Assembly (NCBI GenBank): GCA_965219415.1
Contig: CBDCNP010000002.1
Location: forward strand, 3,616,001 to 3,680,000
Reading direction: 5' to 3'
Source of the DNA: Candidatus Marinacidobacterales bacterium
Lineage (GTDB): Bacteria; Acidobacteriota; Vicinamibacteria; Marinacidobacterales; DATDRI01
DNA: 64,000 nt
The translations under genes and the position numbers were made by a program. The notes beneath the pieces are model-generated. The model saw nothing but the letters and a program-made list of their open reading frames with translations, was not told the DNA's origin and did no database searches. Below, piece by piece: positions 31,051 to 43,105 of the stretch. Positions within the stretch are counted from its first letter, which is position 1. Every line of letters begins with the position of its first letter.

Positions 31051-32502
31051 TCAGCCCAGCATCTCTCGTGCGTCGGCGATGTGCCCGCTGACTGCGGTAG
31101 CCGCCGCTGTGAGCGGGCTGGCCAAAAACGTTCGCGCCCCGGTGCCTTGGCGCCCCTCGAAGTTCCTGTTGCTGGTACTCACCGCGTACTGACCCGGCTC
31201 GACGCGGTCGCCGTTCATGGCAATGCACATCGAGCAGCCTGGCTCGCGCCACTCGGCTCCGGCATCTCGGAAAACTCGATCGAGCCCCTCGGCCTCGGCT
31301 TGCTTCTTGACCTGCTGAGAGCCGGCGACGACCAGGGCACGCACTCCCGCGGCCACCTTCCGCCCATCGAACACCCGTGCCGCCAAGCGCAAATCGGAGA
31401 TTCGTGCGTTGGTGCAGCTACCAATGAAGACCACGTCGACCGGGTGGCCGAGCAACGCCTGCCCGGGATTGAGACCCATATAGCGGAAAGCCTTTTCGGT
31501 TGCGAGATCAGAACCCGGATCGGGCAGCGGCGAGTGCAGCGGCACCGCCATACCGGGATTGGTCCCGTAGGTGATCATCGGCTGCAGTTGCGAAACATCG
31601 AAGCTCATTTCACGATCGAAGTGGGCGTCGTCGTCAGTTGGTAGCTGTTGCCAGCGCGCCACCGCCTCGTCCCACGCCGCCTCCTTGGGAGCAAGCGGAC
31701 GCCCCGCGAGGTATTCGAACGTGGTCTCGTCGGGCGCCATCATGCCCGCCCGCGCTCCAGCTTCGATGGACATGTTGCAAACCGTCATCCGCTCTTCCAT
31801 CGACAAGCTGCGAACACAAGAGCCTCGATACTCGAAGACATGGCCGGTGCCCCCTTGGACGCCGGTCTTGGCAATGATGGCCAGTATCAAATCCTTGGCA
31901 GTCACTCCGCTCGGGAGAGATCCGTCGAGATCAATGGCCAAAGTCTTCGGCCTTCGCTGCAGCAAGCACTGACTCGCCAAAACGTGTCCCACTTCCGTAG
32001 TGCCAATGCCGAATGCCAGTGCTCCGAATGCTCCGTGCGTGCTGGTGTGGCTGTCCCCGCAAACGATCGTCATTCCCGGCTGCGTGGCCCCAAGCTCGGG
32101 ACCAATGACGTGCACGATCCCCTGGCGCTCGTCGCCCAGCGGGAAGAGACGGACACCGAACTCCTCACAGTTGTGCTGTAACTGCCGCACCTGAGCTTCT
32201 GTCTGTGGATTCGAAAAGACGACTTGGCCGCCCTTCTCGAGGGGGGTCGTCGGCGTCGAGTGATCCATCGTCGCCACCGTCCGTTCCGGGCGACGAATGG
32301 GCAAACCCCTTCGGCGGAGTAGCTCGAACGCCTGGGGCGAGGTGACTTCGTGAACTAAATGAAGATCGATATAGAGAAGTGCAGGAGTATCTTCGACTTC
32401 CGAACGAACGAGATGCGAATCCCAGACCTTACCGAAGAGCGTGCGATTGGTGCCTTTCTCCCCTTTGATCTCTCGGTTCTCCCCGTTAGCGGCTAGCGAC
32501 AT
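31051..32502 (-). CDS. leuC: 3-isopropylmalate dehydratase large subunit
   Basis: [43 protein letters not shown]. Confidence 0.97.
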   Translation of the reverse strand: MSLAANGENREIKGEKGTNRTLFGKVWDSHLVRSEVEDTPALLYIDLHLVHEVTSPQAFELLRRRGLPIRRPERTVATMDHSTPTTPLEKGGQVVFSNPQTEAQVRQLQHNCEEFGVRLFPLGDERQGIVHVIGPELGATQPGMTIVCGDSHTSTHGAFGALAFGIGTTEVGHVLASQCLLQRRPKTLAIDLDGSLPSGVTAKDLILAIIAKTGVQGGTGHVFEYRGSCVRSLSMEERMTVCNMSIEAGARAGMMAPDETTFEYLAGRPLAPKEAAWDEAVARWQQLPTDDDAHFDREMSFDVSQLQPMITYGTNPGMAVPLHSPLPDPGSDLATEKAFRYMGLNPGQALLGHPVDVVFIGSCTNARISDLRLAARVFDGRKVAAGVRALVVAGSQQVKKQAEAEGLDRVFRDAGAEWREPGCSMCIAMNGDRVEPGQYAVSTSNRNFEGRQGTGARTFLASPLTAAATAVSGHIADAREMLG

Positions 32503-34045
32503 TGGCGAGCTCGGTACTCTGGGCGCTCTCGTTGGCCAAGCGGTTGATCACTCTGAGAAACGCGCGCGCACTGGCCTCCATGATGTCCTGGCTGGCCGCA
32601 CGACCCCGATGACGCTGTCCCCGATGCTCGACTTCCACCGTCACCTCGCCCTGAGTGTCGGCTCCTGACCCTACACTGCGAATCTGGTAGTCCTTGAGCT
32701 GGGCCTCGACGCCAGTCACGCGCTCGATAGCTTTGAACACTGCGTCGACTGGACCCGCTCCACAGGCGGCCTCACGGCGTTGCTCGCCGGCCGAGTGCTG
32801 GAGAAAAACCGTCGCGGTGGAAACATCCGCGGTGCCTGTGCTCACGTGCAGATCCTTGATGTCCCAGATAGCGGATACCTCCTCCATCCGGTTGTCGATG
32901 AGGCCCTCGATGTCGGCATCGTGGATATCCTTCTTCCTGTCCGCGAGCTTCTTGAATTCTCGAAAGACGCTGTTGAGCTGCATTTCACCCAGGTGGTAGC
33001 CCATCTCCGCCAAGCGCTCCCGGAACGCGTGTCGCCCACTGTGCTTGCCGAGCACCAGGTTGCTCTTGCTGAAACCAACGTCTTCCGGCTTCATGATCTC
33101 GTAGGTCAGACGATTCTGAAGGACGCCGTGCTGGTGGATACCTGCCTCATGAGCGAACGCGTTTTGGCCGACAATCGCTTTGTTTCGCTGTACGTGGATC
33201 CCGGTAACCTGTGCCACCAAACGGCTGGTCGGATAGAGACCCTTGGTTTGGACCCCGGTGGTGACCTTGAAGTAGTCGTGCCGTGTTCGAATGGCCATGA
33301 CCAGTTCTTCAAGGGAGCAATTACCAGCACGTTCGCCAATTCCGTTGATGGTGCATTCGACTTGCCTCGCCCCCTCGCCCACCGCGGCGAGACTATTGGC
33401 AACCGCGAGGCCCAGGTCGTTGTGACAATGGACGCTGATGATGGCGTCGTCTATGTTGGGCACATTCTGTTTGAGGTGCCGAATGAGGCTGGCGAACTGC
33501 TCGGGCATCGCGTAGCCCACGGTGTCCGGGATATTGACCGTACTCGCCCCAGCTTCGATCGCTTTCTCGACGACTTCCGACAGGAAATCCGGCTCGGTAC
33601 GCGCCGCATCTTCGGGAGAGAACTCAACATCCTCACAATACTCACGAGCCCGCTGGACGCTCTCGACCGCCCGCCGGACGATCTCTTCCTTCGCCATCTG
33701 AAGCTTGAACTCCCGGTGGATGGCACTCGTGGCCAGGAAAACATGGATACGAGCTCGAGGTGCGTCGCGCAATGCGTCCCACGCGCGGTCGATGTCCTCG
33801 TTGTTGCAACGAGCGAGGCCGGCGACGGTCGGACCTTCCACTTCTCGAGCGATCGCTCGCACCGCTTCGAAGTCTCCAGGGGACGCAATCGGGAAGCCGC
33901 CCTCGATGATATCGACGCCGAGGTCGCGAAGCGCGTGCGCAACCTGGAGCTTTTCCTCCAGATTCATGCTGGCGCCGGGGGACTGTTCGCCGTCTCTCAG
34001 GGTGGTGTCGAAAATGATGACGCGATTCGAAGCTTCTTTCTTCAT
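32486..34045 (-). CDS. leuA: 2-isopropylmalate synthase
   Basis: [28 protein letters not shown]-terminal regulatory domain. Confidence 0.97.
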   Translation of the reverse strand: MKKEASNRVIIFDTTLRDGEQSPGASMNLEEKLQVAHALRDLGVDIIEGGFPIASPGDFEAVRAIAREVEGPTVAGLARCNNEDIDRAWDALRDAPRARIHVFLATSAIHREFKLQMAKEEIVRRAVESVQRAREYCEDVEFSPEDAARTEPDFLSEVVEKAIEAGASTVNIPDTVGYAMPEQFASLIRHLKQNVPNIDDAIISVHCHNDLGLAVANSLAAVGEGARQVECTINGIGERAGNCSLEELVMAIRTRHDYFKVTTGVQTKGLYPTSRLVAQVTGIHVQRNKAIVGQNAFAHEAGIHQHGVLQNRLTYEIMKPEDVGFSKSNLVLGKHSGRHAFRERLAEMGYHLGEMQLNSVFREFKKLADRKKDIHDADIEGLIDNRMEEVSAIWDIKDLHVSTGTADVSTATVFLQHSAGEQRREAACGAGPVDAVFKAIERVTGVEAQLKDYQIRSVGSGADTQGEVTVEVEHRGQRHRGRAASQDIMEASARAFLRVINRLANESAQSTELANVASR

Positions 34046-34160
34046 CTCGTCGACTCTCTCGTTATCATCGAAGTGACTTATCCCCTTAATTATCAGCGGA
34101 ATAGGAGCGCCCTTCGGTATGATTGTTACTGGCCGTACAGCAAGTTACTGACCGCTCGGT

Positions 34161-34189
34161 AATGTACACCGGCGCGAGGGTATTGTCAA
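34161..34189 (-). promoter_or_regulatory. Sigma-70 promoter for leuACD
   Basis: TTGACA-17 bp-TACATT on minus strand. Confidence 0.55.
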
Positions 34190-34205
34190 GCGGGGGTCGG
34201 GGCCA

Positions 34206-35209
34206 TCAGGGGTTGAAATCTCGCGGGCCGGGCTGCTGATGCCCGAGGATCGCATGCGGCCGGTAGGGGCCTCGAGGCGGGAGATCTCGTCATCCGTGAG
34301 GTCGATGTCCACGGCCGCCGCTAGCTCTTCCAAGTGCGACACGCGGGTCGCACCGATGATGGGAGCAGCGACACCAGGAACCGATAGAAGCCAGGCAAGC
34401 GCGATCTGAGCCGCCTTGAGCTCTCGCGCTTTGGCGACTTCCAGCAGAGCGTCGAGCACGTCGAAGTCTTCCTCTTTGAAGTACATCTCGTCCGCGTACG
34501 AGTCGGACTCGCTTCGGCGGGTCGTCTTGCTCTCCCTGGTCCGGCTTCCGGTCAGGAAACCGCGCGCCAGAGGGCTCCACGGAATCACCCCAACGCCCTG
34601 GTCCAGACAGAGTGGAATCGTCTCTCGCTCTTCCTCCCGGTAGACCAAATTGTAGTGGTTTTGCATGGCTACGAATCGGTGCCACCCGTTTCGATCGGCC
34701 GTAGAGAGCGCTTTCGCGAACTGCCACGCAGACATGCTGCTTGCACCGAGGTAGCGAACCTTGCCGGCACGGACCAGGGAGTCCAAGGCATCGAGGGGTT
34801 CCTCGATGGGAGTCTCCGGGTCCCACCGGTGAATTTGATAGAGATCGATATAATCGAGGCCCAGTCTCTTAAGGGAAGCGTCGCAGGCCGAGATGACACG
34901 CTTACGCGACAGGCCGCCACGGTTCGGTCCCTTGCTAAATGGGAAGAAAAGCTTGGTGGCAAGGACATAATCCTCGCGGGACGCCATCTCTCGAAGATAT
35001 TTTCCGGTAACCTCTTCACTCACACCCTTGGAATACATGTCCGCTGTGTCGAAGAAGTTGATCCCCAGATCGAAGGCTTTCTTGAAGTGCTCGCGCGCTT
35101 CCTCGACCCCAAGGATCCACGGACGCCATTCCGGATCTCCATAGGTCATACAGCCAAGGCTCAAACGGGATACCTGGAGTCCGGTGTTGCCAAGATGAAC
35201 GTATTTCAC
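34206..35209 (-). CDS. Aldo/keto reductase (1-nt frameshift near C-terminus ~34267)
   Basis: LGCMTYG, FDTADMY, DLYQIHRWD, PWSPLARG; shifting frame restores LEAPYRPHAILG. Confidence 0.9.
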
Positions 35210-35216
35210 TTCCGCC

Positions 35217-37154
35217 CTACTCCGCTTCCGATTTCTTGCCGAGAGCAAAAAGAACGCCGGTCATGACTGCCACGCCCACTAGTATCGAGATCCATGGAGA
35301 AAGTCCGTAAGCCGAAGGTATATCGCCCACCAGGATACCGACGGTAGCCGCCAACAACGCGTAGGGAAGCTGGGTGCGAACGTGGTCAACATGATCCGCC
35401 CCCGACGACATGGAGCTGAGGATTGTCGTATCCGAGATGGGTGAACAGTGATCTCCGAAAACGGCTCCTGCCAGGACCGAGCTGACCGACCCCAACAACA
35501 CGGTTTCCGCTTGGGCGGCGCTCAACTGCGCCTCGATGCCGAGCGCGTTGACGAGTGGAATGACCAGGGGCATGAGAATGGCCATTGTGGCCCAGCTCGT
35601 TCCAGTCGCAAAGCTCATCAACGCAGCGATCAAGAACGTCAGAGATGGAACCCAGAAGGGCGAAAGGTTTCCGCGCATTTGCTGGATCAGGTAATCCGCG
35701 GTGTGTAGCTCCTCCGCCAGCGAACCGATAGACCAAGCAAGAATGAGGATGACGATCCCAAGCAGGAGGAACTTCATACCTTGTAACAGGGCATTGATCG
35801 CTTGAGTGATGCTCAAGATGCGCTGAGTCAGCGACATGAAAATCGCAACAACGCAGCCCGAAAGAGACGCCCACAGCAGCGCAACATAAGAGTCCGCACT
35901 GCTAACGATTTGCCCGAGACCGTATTCACTCGTACCGTCGGCTTGCAAGGCTTGTATTCCAGTCCAATAGATCCCGAACATACCCACCAAAATGATGGAA
36001 ATAATTGGGACCAGTCCGTTGTACCACCGTGCCGGCGCGTCGCCGCCGAGCTCCGGAGTGTCTTCGCTAATCTCCATGACCGGCTGGGCACCGTCGCGCA
36101 GCACCTTACCCGTCCGGCGGGCACGGCGCTCCGCGGTGAGCATCGGTCCAAAGTCTCTGCCCGTGGAAGCTATGAGGAGAGCCAAAACGAGCGCGAAAAT
36201 GGGGTAGAAGCGATACGGTATGCTGCGAACGAATACCGCATAGGCGTCGAGCGGTGAATCGATCATCGCTAGCGCCTGCTGAATCAAGCCGACCTCGTAA
36301 CCGATCCATGTGGAAATAAGGAAAAGGCTCGCTACCGTGGCGGCGCCGGTATCCACGTAAAAAGACAGCTTTTCTCTCGAGATTCGAAGTTTGTCGGTAA
36401 TCGGTCGCAACAGGTTGCCGCGAATGAGCACGTTCGAGTAGTCGTCGAAAAACAAGACGATGGCGGTGAGCCAAGCGGCGAGCTCGCCGCCGCGTGCTGT
36501 TTTCGCGTAACGAGTGATGACGTTGGCGATTCCCCTCGCGCCACCGTTGCGGGCAATAAGCCCCATGACGCCACCGAAGAGCATGCTGAAGACCATGATC
36601 TGAACATTGGTCTTGTTGGTCATGGAGTTGACGATGTAGTGGTCCAAGACACGAAAGAACCCACCTATGATGTCGAAATCGAAGACGAATACCGCACCCA
36701 ACCAAATACCGGAATAGAGCGAGATCACCACCTGGCGAAAAATGAGCGCCATAGCGATGGCGAGTAGCGGGGGGAGAATACTGAGGAGACCGGGAATGAC
36801 TCGCAACGACTTTTTCGACGAAACCTCCGCGTCTCGTACCTCGAGCACTAAGGTCCCGCTCTTGCCAACGACCGCATCGGTGATGACGAGCTTACCTTCC
36901 TCGAAATTCGGCTGGATCCGTCCATCGTCACGTTGGATACCAGTCACGGTGGGAGCACCCCGATAGGCAGGAATCACCGCGCCTTCGCCATCCACCGCTC
37001 TGATCTCGACCGGGAATCGCACTCCGGTGAGAACGAGCTCAGGTGCTTCGATCTCGAATCCCTCCACGGCTGTTTCCTGTGCCTCGGAAGCGCCCGCGAA
37101 CCAAGCCATCGCTAGTAGAAACGGGAGCGACCCGCGAAGCATCACTTTCTTCAT
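35217..37154 (-). CDS. NhaC-family transporter with extracytoplasmic N-terminal domain
   Basis: FFDDYSN, SREKLSFYVD, FATGTSWAT, FGDHCSPISDTTILSS. Confidence 0.9.
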   Translation of the reverse strand: MKKVMLRGSLPFLLAMAWFAGASEAQETAVEGFEIEAPELVLTGVRFPVEIRAVDGEGAVIPAYRGAPTVTGIQRDDGRIQPNFEEGKLVITDAVVGKSGTLVLEVRDAEVSSKKSLRVIPGLLSILPPLLAIAMALIFRQVVISLYSGIWLGAVFVFDFDIIGGFFRVLDHYIVNSMTNKTNVQIMVFSMLFGGVMGLIARNGGARGIANVITRYAKTARGGELAAWLTAIVLFFDDYSNVLIRGNLLRPITDKLRISREKLSFYVDTGAATVASLFLISTWIGYEVGLIQQALAMIDSPLDAYAVFVRSIPYRFYPIFALVLALLIASTGRDFGPMLTAERRARRTGKVLRDGAQPVMEISEDTPELGGDAPARWYNGLVPIISIILVGMFGIYWTGIQALQADGTSEYGLGQIVSSADSYVALLWASLSGCVVAIFMSLTQRILSITQAINALLQGMKFLLLGIVILILAWSIGSLAEELHTADYLIQQMRGNLSPFWVPSLTFLIAALMSFATGTSWATMAILMPLVIPLVNALGIEAQLSAAQAETVLLGSVSSVLAGAVFGDHCSPISDTTILSSMSSGADHVDHVRTQLPYALLAATVGILVGDIPSAYGLSPWISILVGVAVMTGVLFALGKKSEAE

Positions 37155-37178
37155 ACCTGCTGGAGTCCTTCCTGCGCG

Positions 37179-37937
37179 CTATGCGCTCATACCGAAGTGG
37201 GTTTGGAGCGCCTCTTCCCATTCAGCCCGCTCGCGAATGGGAATTTCTTGCTTGGTGCTTCCGTGGGTCGTGACGAGTCGATCGGGCAGAAGCGTGACCC
37301 GTCCGTCCGGGAGCGCCTTCGAGCAGATGGTGTTCTGCGTGAAATGGGAATGAGGGGACGTCTGGTGATAACGGCAACCGTCCGTGAAATCTTCGAGCTT
37401 CCGCGGTTCCAGGGTGAAGCGGTATTGGGGCTGGAAGATCGCTGCACCTTCGGGCTGGCGGTCCAAGAACCACCAGTCCTCTTGTTGGCGTAGGCGGTAG
37501 ACGTGGCCGAGCTGCGCTACCTCCGCAACGGCGTCTAAGACCAGCGGATGGCGAAAAGAGTCCCCGAAACCAACGTCGGCAAGAAACGGGCGATCGAGTT
37601 CCACGCGGAGGGTCATATGGTCGAATGGAATCCCCCATGTGCCGTCCGGCTTCGCCACTTCGGCGGCGAGGACACGGACCTCGAAACCGAGATGTCGCAG
37701 GAGCCAGGCAAAGGCAGTGTTGAGCTCGTAGCAAAATCCTCCGCGGCAGTCGGTCACGATCTTTCGCAGGATTCGCTCTTCGTTCATTTCGATGGGTACG
37801 CCTCGGTGAATATCGAGGTTCTCGAAGGGAATCGTTAAGAGATGGCGCTCATGGACCCGCCGAAGCACGTCCAGGTCGGGGTCCCCGGCTCTCTCAAGGT
37901 CGAGCCGGCTCAGGTAGCTTTGAACATCCATCGGCAT
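37179..37937 (-). CDS. Arylamine N-acetyltransferase
   Basis: IPFENLDI, RGGFCYELN, DH, DVGFG (Cys-His-Asp triad). Confidence 0.93.
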   Translation of the reverse strand: MPMDVQSYLSRLDLERAGDPDLDVLRRVHERHLLTIPFENLDIHRGVPIEMNEERILRKIVTDCRGGFCYELNTAFAWLLRHLGFEVRVLAAEVAKPDGTWGIPFDHMTLRVELDRPFLADVGFGDSFRHPLVLDAVAEVAQLGHVYRLRQQEDWWFLDRQPEGAAIFQPQYRFTLEPRKLEDFTDGCRYHQTSPHSHFTQNTICSKALPDGRVTLLPDRLVTTHGSTKQEIPIRERAEWEEALQTHFGMSA

Positions 37938-38074
37938 TCCAGGAGCGCGGGCATCATACCGACCCGCAGGGCCGCATGTCCAGTCCCCTCAGGGGTTTCC
38001 GACGACGGGTCTCGGCGTCCTTGAGCGGGCGAACGTAGGCGAGGGATACTATAGCCGTTGATTGGTTGGGACAC

Positions 38075-39127
38075 ATGAAACGCCGAACCCGACGCTCCAA
38101 GAAACCAAAGACCGGTCCGTCTCAATGGGAACACCTGCCCGAGAAAGATTTGCTTGCGCTGAGGCTTAGAGACCTTGGCCTCACGATCGAAGGTACGGTA
38201 CTCGAGGAACGGATCGAGCAAGTGTGTTGGGAGCTCGACGAACGGGGCATCCGTTTCCGACCCCACTTTTGGCCTTCCGACGACTGGTTTACCCCGGACG
38301 GTGTTCCCGGCATTGCCATCCCGTTCTACCTAGCCCACCCTCGACTGGCTCAGCTCGAACGGGCCAAGATGCTTGAGGTGGAAGGCGGAACCCCACGCTC
38401 CTGCCTTCGTATCCTCCGGCACGAGGCCGGGCACGCCATCGACAACGCTTACGGCTTGAGACGGCGGCGCCATCGCATCGAGCTCTTCGGAAAGTCGTCG
38501 GAGCCCTATCCCGACCATTACTCTCCTCGTCCCTATAGCAAGAGCTACGTGATCCATCTAGACTCGTGGTACGCACAGAGCCATCCCGACGAGGACTTCG
38601 CCGAGACCTTCGCGGTCTGGTTGAACCCTGAATCCGAATGGCGCAAGAGGTATTCGGGTTGGCGCGCGCTGGCAAAACTGGAGTACATGGACGAGCTCAT
38701 GCGGGAGGTCATTGCGAGCAAACCGAAGGTCAAAACGCGTCGCCGGCTGGACCCTCTGTCTCGCCTCCGCAAGACCTTGGGCAAGCACTACGAGGAAAAG
38801 CGAGAGCGCTATCAGGTGGACTATCCGAAATTCTGCGATCGAGACCTCCGGCAACTCTTTTCGGACGCTCCCGAGTACCAGACCAATACACCCGCCGCAA
38901 CTTTCTTGTCCAAGAAGCGCAAGGAAGTACGACGCAGCGTCGCGCGGTGGACGGGCGCTTACCAATATACTATCGACCAAGTACTGGCAGACATGATAAG
39001 ACGCTGTCGGGAGCTGAAGCTGCGGGTTGTGAAACCCGAGGCGGAAACGACTTTCGATTTTACCGTCCTTCTCACCGTGCAAACCATGAACTATCTTCAC
39101 AGCGGCCGACATCGATTGAGTCTATGA
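38075..39127 (+). CDS. Putative zinc-binding metallopeptidase
   Basis: LRHEAGHA (HExxH), YAQSHPDEDFAETFAVW. Confidence 0.85.
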   Translation: MKRRTRRSKKPKTGPSQWEHLPEKDLLALRLRDLGLTIEGTVLEERIEQVCWELDERGIRFRPHFWPSDDWFTPDGVPGIAIPFYLAHPRLAQLERAKMLEVEGGTPRSCLRILRHEAGHAIDNAYGLRRRRHRIELFGKSSEPYPDHYSPRPYSKSYVIHLDSWYAQSHPDEDFAETFAVWLNPESEWRKRYSGWRALAKLEYMDELMREVIASKPKVKTRRRLDPLSRLRKTLGKHYEEKRERYQVDYPKFCDRDLRQLFSDAPEYQTNTPAATFLSKKRKEVRRSVARWTGAYQYTIDQVLADMIRRCRELKLRVVKPEAETTFDFTVLLTVQTMNYLHSGRHRLSL

Positions 39128-40146
39128 AAACGTACCGCATCCTTGCGCTCATGCACGAAGGTTTGGTTCCCCCCGACGATATTAGCGGCCACGACGTCGC
39201 CGCTGTCGAATGGAAGATGGAGTATGACGTCATCAGTACCTTGGAAGAGATCGGGCACGAGGTTCACCGACTGGGCGTGGGCAGTAATCTCGGCGCGATC
39301 CGAAAAGCGATCCACGATTTCAAGCCTCACATCGTCTTCAACCTATTGGAGGACTTCGACGATGTGGCTATCTACGACCAGAACGTGGTGAGCTACCTCG
39401 AGCTCATCAAGACGCCCTACACCGGCTGCAATCCGCGGGGCCTGATGTTGGCCCGGGACAAAGCGATCTCCAAGCAACTCCTTACGTACCACCGCGTCGC
39501 CGTTCCCGACTTCCATGTCTTCCGGCGAGGAAAGGGGGTCCGAAAACCGAAGCGGCTCTCTTTTCCTCTGATCGTCAAGTCTCTTATTTTGGAGGGCTCG
39601 GCGGGCATCTCCCAGGCTTCCGTGGTCGGAGATCAGGAGCGACTCAAAGAGAGGGTTCAGTTTATCCATGAAACCTTCGAAACCGATGCTATTGTGGAGC
39701 ACTACATCGACGGGCGAGAGTTTTACGTGGGCGTGATGGGCAACCAGCGCCTGCAGGTGCTTCCAGTGTGGGAGCTTCGTTTCACGAACCTGGCCGTTGA
39801 CGTGCGCCCCATCGCAACCGGCCGCGTGAAGTGGAACACCCGTTATCAGAAAAAGCATGGGGTGAGGACCGGGGCGGTGAAGGACCTGCCGGATGAGAAG
39901 CGAGCAGCGATACAACATCTGTGCAAACGGGTTTACCGGATACTGGGTCTCAACGGGTACGCGCGGCTCGATCTCAGACTCGACCAGAACGGAAAAGTCC
40001 ACGTCCTAGAGGCGAACCCGAACCCCCAACTAGCTTACGGCGAGGACTTCGCCGAATCGGCGGAAAAAGCCGGGATCAGCTACGAGGAGCTCATGCAGCG
40101 AATCATCACCCTAGGGCGGCGCTGGCAGCCGGAGCGATATCGATGA
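39124..40146 (+). CDS. Ddl-like ATP-grasp ligase
   Basis: VFNLLE, PYTG, DK, EHYIDGREF, YARLDLR, EANPNP; ATGA overlap with upstream gene. Confidence 0.88.
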   Translation: MKTYRILALMHEGLVPPDDISGHDVAAVEWKMEYDVISTLEEIGHEVHRLGVGSNLGAIRKAIHDFKPHIVFNLLEDFDDVAIYDQNVVSYLELIKTPYTGCNPRGLMLARDKAISKQLLTYHRVAVPDFHVFRRGKGVRKPKRLSFPLIVKSLILEGSAGISQASVVGDQERLKERVQFIHETFETDAIVEHYIDGREFYVGVMGNQRLQVLPVWELRFTNLAVDVRPIATGRVKWNTRYQKKHGVRTGAVKDLPDEKRAAIQHLCKRVYRILGLNGYARLDLRLDQNGKVHVLEANPNPQLAYGEDFAESAEKAGISYEELMQRIITLGRRWQPERYR

Positions 40147-42027
40147 CGATCCACATGCGTTCGATCCCATACCGCCTCGCCTTTTTCATTGCATTCACGT
40201 TTTCAACACTATTCTCCTGCGGCCCTTATGGGAGTAGCTGGGAAGATCATGCCGGCTGGGTGCGCTTTCATTACGACAAGCAGGAGTACATGGTGCCCAT
40301 GCGGGACGGCGTGGAGCTCTTCACCATCGTCTATACGCCCAATAACAAAAAGGAGGCGCTCCCGATCCTCCTCTACCGAACACCGTACTCCATTGCGCCG
40401 TACGGCTCGGACGAGTTCCGGGATGTACTCGGACCTTCCCCCGAGTTCGATCGAGATGGCTACATATTCGCCTTCCAGGACGTCCGCGGGAAGTTCAAGT
40501 CGGAGGGAGAGTTCGCGGTTATCCGGCCGCTGGCCCCGAAACCCAAAGGGGCGACCGACGTCGACGAGAGCACCGACAATTTCGACACCATCGAGTGGCT
40601 TTTGGCAAACGAGGCAATAACGGGCGCGTCGGACAATGGGGGATCTCCTACTCCGGTTGGCAGACACTCATGGGCATGGTCGATGCGCATCCGGCGCTCG
40701 CCGCTTCGTCCCGCAGGCTTCGCCCTCCGATATGTTCATCGGCGACGACTGGCACCATAACGGTGCCTTCCGCATCATGTACGCGTTCTCCTGGCTTTCC
40801 CGGAATGCCCGTCGACGGGACGCTCCCACCGAGGAGCGGGCCGGTCCCTTCGACTACGGCACACCATCTGGATACGATTTTTTCCTCGACGCCGGAGCGG
40901 CGGCGCGGATCGACGAGCTCTATTTTCACGGAGACGTGCTCGCATGGAACGACTTCATGGAGCACGGCAACTACGACTACTATTGGCAACGACAGAACGC
41001 TCTCCAGAATCTTCATGGAATCGACCACGCAACACTGAACGTCGCGGGGTGGTTTGATACCGAGGATTTCTACGGCCCGATGTCGATCTACCACACCATC
41101 GAGGAGAAAAACCCAGGAATCGAGAACACGCTGACTGCGGGTCCGTGGCTTCACGGCGGCTGGCGTAGCATGGAAGGGGATCACCTGGGGTGCGTCGAGT
41201 TTGATTCGAAGACCTCTTTGTACTTCCAGCGCGAAGTACAGTTTCCTTTCTTTCAGCACCATCTCAAGGAAAAAGGAGATTGGGAGGCGTTGGAGGCGGT
41301 GGTTTTCGAGACCGGCTCGAACGAGTGGAAGCGCTATGACAGCTGGCCGCCCGAAGACTCGGAGAACACCAAGCTCTATTTGCGGGCCGACGGAAAACTA
41401 TCCTTCGAGGCGCCGACCGGCTCCGACGCCGATTCTTACGTGAGCGATCCAAACAAACCAGTACCCTTCTCCGCCGAGATCCGAACCACGCTGGGCCATT
41501 TGTGGAAGGTGGAGGATCAACGATTCGCGTCAACGCGCCCGGATGTGCTGGTCTACGAGTCAGACGTTCTGGAAAAGGATCTCACCATCGCCGGTCCGAT
41601 CCTCGCGAACATTTTCGTATCGACCACCGGAACGGGATCCGATTGGATCGTCAAATTGATCGACGTCTATCCCGGCGATGCACCTGCCAGCACCTTCTGC
41701 GATATACCGATGGGCGGTTTCCAAATGCACCTCGCCGGGGAGATCATGCGGGGGCGGTTTCGAAACAGTCTCGAGGATCCGCAGCCGATGAAGCCTGGCG
41801 AAGTCACGCCGATTGTCATCGATCTTCGCGACCGCTATCACACCTTCAAGGCCGGGCACAGCATTATGGTCCACATTCAGAGCTCGTGGTTCCCGGCCTA
41901 CGACCGGAACCCTCAAATTTACGTAGACATTTACCGGGCCCAACCGGAGGACTACCAATCCGCGACCCAGACGGTTTATCGCTCGGCCCAGTACCCCTCT
42001 CACCTCGTTTTAGGAGTGCTGCCTTAA
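40143..42027 (+). CDS. CocE/NonD family hydrolase (two frameshifts ~40610 and ~40715)
   Basis: MRDGVELFT, RTPY, QDVRG, WGISYSG nucleophile motif, GDDWHHNGAF, GPWLHG split across three frames. Confidence 0.85.
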
Positions 42028-42032
42028 GGCAT

Positions 42033-42680
42033 TTACCTCCAACTGAGCGTGTCGAAACGTTCGCCGGCTTTCATGACTAGGTGAATCTTGTGCCACGCCC
42101 AGCGCTCTTCGAGCGGATTGGCCTGGAGTGATATCATGTCGGCGAGCTTGCCGGGCTCCAAGGTTCCGAGATCGTCACCTAAACCGATGTTTTGAGCGCC
42201 GACCGCGGTGCCGGCACGGATCGCATCCATCGGTGTGAAGCCGCCCTCGACCAAGAGCTCGATGGCGTTTCCAATGCCGCCGACGTAGAGCGGGTCCATC
42301 CCAAGACTAATAGGAACACCTGCCTCGAAGGCCGCCAGAACTTGGGTCTGTTGTGTCCGGATAGAAGGGGAGAAGTCGCGTCCCCGGCGGTTCTCGTCGA
42401 AGTCATCGTAGGGGCGATCTTCGGTCTCGACCTCCGGGTGAGCCTTTCGGTGCTCGAAATATTGTTTCTTTTCGAAATCGATCCAATCTCCCGGCCCGCG
42501 CGCACCGGTGTCCATGAACTCCCAAGTGGACTCGTCCGGTCGGAAGCCAACGTACACCAGCGGAGTGAAACAGACGGCGGTACCGCGCTCTAGCATCATG
42601 TCGATAATCTCCGGGGTCATGGGCCGGGCATGCTCGATGGTATCGACGCCGGCTAGAATGGCGGTCTTCATCGAACGGCC
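42033..42680 (-). pseudogene. Amidohydrolase family, C-terminal fragment
   Basis: AGVDTIEHA, GFTPMDAI, GTLEPGKLADM; N-terminal metal-binding part absent. Confidence 0.75.
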
Positions 42681-43038
42681 CCATCCCAACCTCACGAATG
42701 GGGACCGGCTGCCAGTGATCGCCGTGATGGGCTGCCACCTGGGCAATTACTGGTTGCCTGGCCATTCTTCACTCGCGGAAGACCTCGTGCTCCATCCCGA
42801 CGGTGGCGCGGCAGCGGTTTGGTCGCCTGCCGGGCTCTCCTACAATCCGCGACGACGGATCCTGGGGGAGGCCTATCTCCGCGCCGTCTATGAAGAGGGG
42901 GTCGATATTCTAGGCGACGCCGTCTTGCATGCCTTGTCCGTTGCCGCTACGAAACATGCAAGCGGACGGCGTGAGGTCCTGGAGACTCAGGTTCTCCTCG
43001 GCGACCCGGCGCTAAGACTGAAGAGCGCCCACCGATAA
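42681..43038 (+). pseudogene. Peptidase C25 (gingipain-like), C-terminal fragment
   Basis: LTNGDRLPVIAVMGCHLG...SLAEDLV...GGAAAV...LLGDPALRL. Confidence 0.75.
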
Positions 43039-43105
43039 CGGAAAGTTATGCGGCCATAATGACTCTTTCCAACAAACCACACATAGCAGCGGGAGAGCAG
43101 ATGGA

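Noticed and set aside
32780-34162. Long 460-aa plus-strand ORF (also 15533-16261 and 11602-12252)
   Set aside because: Antisense shadows of leuA, the PLP enzyme and rho in GC-rich DNA; no motifs
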